Positions 57,675 to 64,000 of a stretch of 64,000 bases of DNA are shown piece by piece. Every line of letters begins with the position of its first letter. Position 1 is the first letter of the stretch. Source of the DNA: Caecitellus pseudoparvulus (Eukaryota; Protista; Bigyra: Bicosoecida). The notes under the pieces are model-generated. The model had not been told where the DNA came from. It worked only from the letters and a program-made list of their open reading frames with translations, and made no database searches. The DNA is taken from NCBI GenBank assembly GCA_965644315.1, contig CBFFRQ010000018.1, positions 868,001 to 932,000 of the forward strand, written 5' to 3'. A program made the position numbers and the translations under genes.

Positions 57675-60600
57675 TCACTGCAAGAGCGCCGAGCCCAGCC
57701 TTCGCAGCTCGTCCACCTGGCTGGGCGTCAACGGCGGCGTGGCTTGGGGGCTGATGCTGTACAGCGCTTGTGCTGAGCGCCGCAGGGCAGTGAGCTCTGC
57801 CCCAGAGCTCAGGCCCGCGCCAGACACGTGGGCAGTGTACTGTGCGACGAGGCACTGCATGGCCAGGCGCAGCACAGAGAAGAGCACCTTGCGCATGGCG
57901 ACATGCTGCAGTGGGTCGGGGCTGGAGCCCCGCGAGAAGTCCCGCGACACACGGTTCCAAAACGTGCCGTCCTCCGGCGTGGGCAGGACGCCAGCGGCTT
58001 GGAGCTGGGCCAGCGCCTGCCCGTGTCGGCTGCTCATAGCCATGTCGGCCGCCTCGTACACCTTAAGCAGGGTGCGCAGCACAGCAAGCACCACCGAGTA
58101 CGGAAAGCCCTCCAGTGGCACGGCTGTGGATGCCAGGCGGGCTTGCATGCCCTGCCCCACCAGGTGCCCCGCGTCCCCCGCCGCTGCCCCACCTGGCACA
58201 TCAGCCAGGCGGGCCAGGGCGGACCGCTGGAAGGTGTGGGCCTTGGCATGCCACTGCGAGCGCTCGGAAGAGTCTGTCTCGGGCAACAGCGCCGCCAGGC
58301 GCTGCACGAGGATGGACAGCGCGGACGCCGAGTTGCCAGCGTGCAGCTGCAACTCAAAGGCGTGCTGCCAGCGCCCCTCGCTGGCCGCCCCCAGCGCAGC
58401 GCGTTGCAAGATGTCGTACAGGCTGGTGGGCGTCAGGCAGGTGTAGGCGCTGTTCTCTGCGATGCAGTTCAGCGTGCCGTCGGCCCGAGGCATGTGGTCG
58501 GGGCCCATGTGGCCCACCAGGCCGCCCAGGTCGGGGGAGGCGTGCAGCAGCTCCAGCAACAGTTGGGCACGGTCCTTTGCCTCCTCTCGGGCCGTAATGC
58601 TGTTTACACCGCCTGCACCTGCCGAACCTAACAGGGAAAAGTACTGGGCGGCACGCTGGGGCTCGCTGCGCAGGCGTGCCTGGCGGAACTTGGTCAGCAG
58701 CGTGGTCAAGTCCAGCGCCAGGGCGCCCGTGGAGAAGAACTGCTCCCGCTGCGCGAACAAGCCCCGCCCAGCAGCAGGGTCGTTGCCTTGCACTGCCACG
58801 GCATGCAGAGTCACGCCCACGGTGCACTGCCGGTCGCGCAGGGTGAGTGGGGACACCGTGCGCAGGAGGCCGTAGTGGTGTGCTGCCAAGGCCAAGTGCA
58901 CGGCATCCTCGAGGTGCCCACCGGGGTTCTCCGCCTGTCCATGAGCTGCGATGTAGTCCACTGCCGCCTCCACCTGTCCAGCCAGCAAGCACAGGCGGGC
59001 ATACTGGTATGGCTCCTGCTGCTGGGGGTCCCAGTACGCAGCGCCCATGTCCAGCACCAGCTCCGTCGCGACGTCAGTCATGGTGTAGCCAGGGTCAGTC
59101 GTCAAGTGCTTGATGAGGGCGGTCTGCCCCACCGCCCACAGGCGCACCCACAGGAAGTCCGAGGGGCCCTGCTCCACATCCACACAATCCACTGTCGAGT
59201 CGTGCTCCAGGTTGAAGTCGGGCACCTGCCCCGCGAGCAGGGTGAGGCAGGCGACAGCGTAGATGTCATTGCCTTCTGGCACGTCTTCATGCTCCAGGGT
59301 GCTGGGCCGCACTGTCTTGCCCTGCGCGTGCTCAAGGCACTCCGCCACCCGGCGCACCGCCCGAATGTGTTGCGGTGACAGGGCGGCCACAGCAGCTGAG
59401 CCAGGCACGCTGCCTTCGGCATATGGACTGCTTTGCACGTCCCAGTGCACCAGCAAGGCAGCCTGCACGGCCAAGAACAGCGTGTTCGGGCTGGCAGGCG
59501 TGGCTCCGGTGTCCAGGGCCACCAGGTCCAGGGCAGCCGACCCCTGCCCTCCCGCCAGCTCGCCACCTGGGCCCTCGCCGCCCGTGCGCAGACCCATGCG
59601 CAGCAAGTGCCACAGCAGGGGCCAGAAGGGCACCTCCCCCACACGAGGCAGCACCACGTGGTGTGCGCCGGGGGGGGTCACGGTGTCCAGGTCCCCCCCC
59701 AGGCGCAGGCGCATGTAGGCGGCACTGCTGGCCAGCAGGGCAGAGCTGTCCCCCCCCAGGGGCAGGCCCGGCGCAAGGTGGGAGGTGGCAGCCACGCCCC
59801 GCATGGCCTGCTCTGAGAAGCTCTCGAGGAAGGCAGTGGAGCCGCCTGCCCAGAACACACCGAAGGGCCCCGCCAGGGGCGAAGCTGTCAGCGACGCAGC
59901 CAGGTAGCTGTCAGCATATTCCCCCGCCCGCAGGGACGCACCAGAGGCCTCCCGTACGACGTGCTGCAGTGCCCGCCACACCTGCAACACCGTCGGCTCG
60001 CCTTGCGCCATGTCCCCGCCTGCATCGGCAAAGGTGCTTGTGGCAGCGTCGTGGAACTTGGTGGCCACCGGCAAGGCATGCACGTCCCCCACTGACGTGC
60101 TCCCTCGCCCAGCCAGGACGATTGCCTCCACCTGCGCTGCATAGTGCTGCAAAGCTGGTGGCAAGGCGGTGGGTGTGCTCAGCGGCGCACTGCCAGGTGC
60201 CAGGCCAACGGAGACGTTGGCAGCAGCGGCGCCACCTGCTCCACCTGGCGCCGAAATGGTCGCACTTGGCGTGCTGGGCAAGACAGTCTGCAAGCCAAGG
60301 CACACGAGGAGGTCGTTCTTGGTGCGCTGCCACTCTGCTGTCACATGCCGCTCCAGCTCAGCTTCGCACTGCCCCAACGAGCGTGCTTTGGACTCCTCCA
60401 CGACAGTGGCAATGATGCGATCATGGTATGTGCGCATGAATCTGCGGTTGGTTCACGTTGGGGTGGCGAGGTGGGACAACGCTGGCGTGCAAGGTGCGCA
60501 GTGGCAGAGCACGCCAGCGAGCGGAATTTGGCAGCACACCAGGCCGGACGCGCGGGCACCTGCTAGCAGCGCCACGCACCCATCAGGGTCCCCTGTCGCG

Positions 60601-61011
60601 AGGAAGACATCTTGATCACTTTCAGACGCAGCCTGGCCCATCGTGGTGGAGTGTGGGCCGCCCAGGTGGGGTCCCTGTGGCACGGCGGAGAGGGGTTCTT
60701 GCCTTGCCTGCCAACGGCAGCCGGCCAGTGCACTCACTCCTTGCCCGATGCGCTGGATGGATTGCACTGCCTCCAGGTCATCCCTGCAAGGGGGTGCCGC
60801 GATGCTCGTGGGGTCTCACCATTCAGCTGGCGCGCTTGCATGGCTGTAGCTTCACTCACGGAGTCTGGCGCACGTGGGGCGCATGCACGCGAGCCGCCAT
60901 GTCGCTGGCCATCTGGGCCAGTGCTGCCAGGCCACGGTTCACTGAGCCCCCCCCCGTCTCAGCAGCCATGGCCTCTGCCTTCTGCAGCTGTAGCCCCAGA
61001 GCCTCATTCAT
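57675..61011 (-). CDS. NUP93: Nucleoporin Nup93/Nic96
   Basis: LQKAEAMAAET, HDRIIATVVEESK...EWQRTKNDLL, PFWPLLWHLLRMG, DFLWVRL, PYQYARLCLLAGQVEAAV...DAVHLALAAHHYGLL; several 5' introns, start approximate. Confidence 0.88.
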
Positions 61012-61462
61012 GCTGCAATGCCTGTGTGGAGCTTGCAAGCGCAGTTGCTGGCAGGGCGGCGGTGGCTCGTCTCAGGACCGAGCAGCCCGAAAGCAGGGGG
61101 CGCCTTGAGTCAGGTGCCTGCCCTAACGCAACTCTGATGTCCTGGGGTTGCTGGCAGCGGCGCCGCGGAGAGTGCAGAAAGTGATTCAAGCTGCGTGCCG
61201 ACATGTAGGAATTTGACACACCACGCACAACTGCTAGCTTGGGCGATGCGACAAGAGAAAGCACGCAGGGACACACAGGCGCCCAATTTTCTCTGTACCA
61301 CGTGCACTTCCTCCCTGTGAACTTCCTCACAGTCTGGGACGTGAGCCTGCACGCCGCTCCTGCCCAGGACACGGTTGTCGTGGTGCTGCAGTGCACCAGG
61401 CTCGACAGGTTTGCACCCAGGATTAGGGGCGCCGCAGGAGTACAGGACTCAGCACAGCAACC

Positions 61463-62240
61463 ATGGCATCACACGGGCAGAAGGAGACTGCGACCCTGCA
61501 GAAGAATCTTCAGGCGCAGCTGGACAGGCTGCTACTGCAGCTCGAGGTGCGGAAGTTGGACGCAGGCTGCCTTGCTGAGCGCGTGGCCTTCAGCGTGCCC
61601 CCCTGCTCGACGACAGGACTTGGATGAGCTGAGGGAAGAAATAGATGATGACGAGTACGAGGAAATCAAGCGCGATACGAAGGAGCAGCTGCAGGTGCGG
61701 CGCGGCGCGCAGTCGGGCCAGGGCGCTGGTTTGGATGCTCCGCGTCGCCTCCACTGCACAGGAGATGCAAGAGCAAATGGACAAGATGCTGGCTGGCAAC
61801 ATGTCCCTGGTGTCCGAGTTCGGCGCCATGCGCCTGGCCCTGCAGGCGGCCATCGCTGATGCGTTCCAAACACCCGAAGTCATTCGCCTGTTTGCGCGCA
61901 AGGAGGCACCGACACTGCGCGTGCGCTTGGCAGCGGTGGACCAGGACCACAAGCTGGGCAAGATCTCGCCAGACACGTACAAGTGCGTTGCGGAGACAGG
62001 CAGGGCGTGCAGCAGTCTTGCCCCGCGCGCTGCTTGAGAGCACCCCACCCTGCTGCCCTACACAGGTCCCAGACCCTGGAAATCATCGTCGCGCTGAAGA
62101 AGCTGGGTGAGGAGTTGACGGCCGACGAAAAGGCCTTCCTCCGAGACAACGATGATGCCATGGCCCAGTTTGAGTCGGCAGATCAAGGTATTGACTCCAC
62201 AGTCGTCTCCTCCGCAGTGGGTGGTGCTGCCCAGGGCTGA
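61463..62240 (+). CDS. LZIC: LZIC-like protein (leucine zipper and ICAT-homologous domain)
   Basis: Four exons: MASHGQKETATLQKNLQAQLDRLLLQLE|DLDELREEIDDDEYEEIKRDTKEQLQ|EM...GNMSLV...ALQAAIADAFQTPEVIRLFARK...|EIIVALKKLGEELT. Confidence 0.92.
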
Positions 62241-62514
62241 GCCAGCGTCAGTTCGTTCGTGTGCGGTGGGCTGGACGCCAGCTTCGAGGTGGCAGGCGTG
62301 AATCTGGGCCCTTCCCGCGCTGGGTGCCGCTAGCGCCGATCGGGGTGTTCAGCCTGAGCGAATCGAAGGCGCATCACGGCAGAGCGAAGACCAGCCGTGC
62401 CCGCGCATTTCGCGCAGGAATGCACTTCACTTCTCTCCCACCTCCAAGCCATGCCCGCTTGAGCTGTGCCCATGCGCTCGTAGAGGAACCTCCCCACTAC
62501 AACACACGCCAGCC

Positions 62515-64000
62515 ATGCTGTCCCGTGCCGCTTGTGTCGCCAGCAGCGCCCTGGCAGCCTCAGCGCGCCGCGCAGCCACTCCTGTGGCAGCTGCTGCATT
62601 TTCCGCAGGCGTTGGGACCCAGTCCACCACCACTGAGCTGTACCCCAACACCGGTACGCAGGCAGCAGAGAAAATAGAGCTTGTACATGCGCACTCGTGC
62701 CTCACGCCCCGCTGGTGCGCGCTCTATCCCGAGCACAGGCCCCGTCACTGATGAGGAGCAGGAGCCTCGTTTCTTGGAGATGGTTAAGCTGAACTTCGAC
62801 AAGGCCACGAAGTACTCCACCGTGGAGCCTGACATTCTGCGCACCATCAAGAGCTGCAACGCCCTTGTCCGCGTGTCTTTCCCACTGCGTCGTGATGACG
62901 GCAGCATTGAGGTGAGGCATTGCACCCTGCCCAGGTGCACTTCCGCACGCAGGCGCGGCGCCACCACGCCTTGCTCGCCACGGCGGCCCACGGCTCGCTT
63001 CCCTCTGCCCTGCACAGGTCATTCGTGGCTACCGTGCTCAGCACAGCCACCATCGTCTCCCTTGCAAGGGTGGCATCCGGTATGCTGGGGAAGTTGACCT
63101 GCAGGTGGGTGCTGCGTGCCCGCCGTGCGGTGGCCAAGTCAGAATTTCACGCTGCACGAGACCCTGCCCTGCCCTGACGCACAGGAAGTGGAGGCCCTGG
63201 CTGCTCTTATGACCTACAAGTGCTCTGTTGTGGATGTGCCTTTCGGAGGCGCCAAGGTGAGGCGGCAACTCCTGCCTGCTGCCGCCACCGGCTGCCCCCG
63301 GGTCACCTGCATTTGTCCCCCTACGGCCTGCAGGGTGGTGTCGCTGTGGACCCGCGCAAGTACTCTGCCCACGAGCTGGAGCTCATCACCCGCCGGTACG
63401 CCATGGAGCTGAAGAAGTACGGCTTCATCGGGCCTGGCGTGGACGTGCCTGCTCCTGACATGGGCACTGGCCCTCGTGAGATGTCCTGGATCAAGGACAC
63501 CTACACCATGCTGTACGGCATGGACGACGTGAACAGCGCAGGGTGCGTTACAGGCAAGCCCCTGTCCCAGGGCGGTATCGCCGGGCGCGTGGAGGCCACC
63601 GGCCTCGGCGTCTTCTTCGGCACCCGGGACTTCCTGTACATGGAGGACGAGGTGCGCAAGCTGGGCATGGAGCCCGGCATGCGCGGCAAGGAGATCATCG
63701 TGCAGGGCTTCGGTAACGTCGGCTTCTACGCCGCCAAGTTCTTCCAGGACGCTGGCGCCAAGGTGACGGGCATCATCGAGTACAACTCCGCCGTGTACAA
63801 CCCCGAGGGTCTGGACATCGAGGCGCTGAAGGCGCACCACAAGGAGACTGGCACCCTGGAGGGCTTCTCTGGTGCCTCTGAGAGCAAGGGTGCCGAGGAC
63901 GCCAAGTCCCTCCTCACCTACCAGTGCGACGTGCTGGTGCCTGCCGCGCTGGAGTGCCAGATCACCAAGCACAACGCCAAGGACATCAAGGCCAAGCTCA
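62515..64000 (+). CDS. gdh: Glutamate dehydrogenase, probably mitochondrial (partial, runs off right edge)
   Basis: Presequence-like N-terminus; spliced exons [81 protein letters not shown]. Confidence 0.96.

Noticed and set aside
1-64000. tRNA, rRNA, transposons, endogenous viral or virophage sequence
   Set aside because: No such motifs, terminal repeats or AT-rich islands seen by eye; nearly all sequence is explained by host genes. A covariance-model scan was not possible.

Overview
Gene-dense, GC-rich eukaryotic nuclear DNA with short GT-AG spliceosomal introns (mostly ~65-95 nt, donors GTGCGT/GTGAGT/GTATGT). Gene content (CYP51, mitochondrial-type HslU, LRRC9, TmcB-like PAS protein, stramenopile-style TALE homeodomain and OSCA channel) suggests a heterotrophic flagellated protist, plausibly a stramenopile; this taxonomy is inference. 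I can support about 24 protein-coding genes, two truncated by the window edges: a PDZ/PH protein, a giant beta-helix/Gly-rich/Cys-rich multipass surface protein split by one frameshift, YchF/OLA1, a JmjC oxygenase, two head-to-head P450s (one is CYP51), LRRC9, a CYB5R4-like protein, DNA polymerase iota, OSCA/TMEM63, endonuclease G, an APH-kinase-M23 peptidase fusion, a TmcB-like protein, a WW-WW-PH protein, HslU, a TALE homeodomain protein, a PH-tetraspanin fusion, Nup93, LZIC, glutamate dehydrogenase and several small orphans. I saw no rRNA, tRNA, CRISPR array or mobile element. Most notable: (1) the hexamer AATGCA lies in sense orientation just after many stop codons, including on both strands of a convergent pair, and is a candidate non-canonical polyadenylation signal; (2) a bacterial-type kinase-M23 fusion carrying a spliceosomal intron; (3) a PH-domain-tetraspanin fusion; (4) a CYP51/second-P450/JmjC oxygenase neighbourhood; (5) a myxobacterial-style domain in a giant receptor with a G7 frameshift. 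All exon structures and family calls are manual and need RNA-seq and HMM confirmation.
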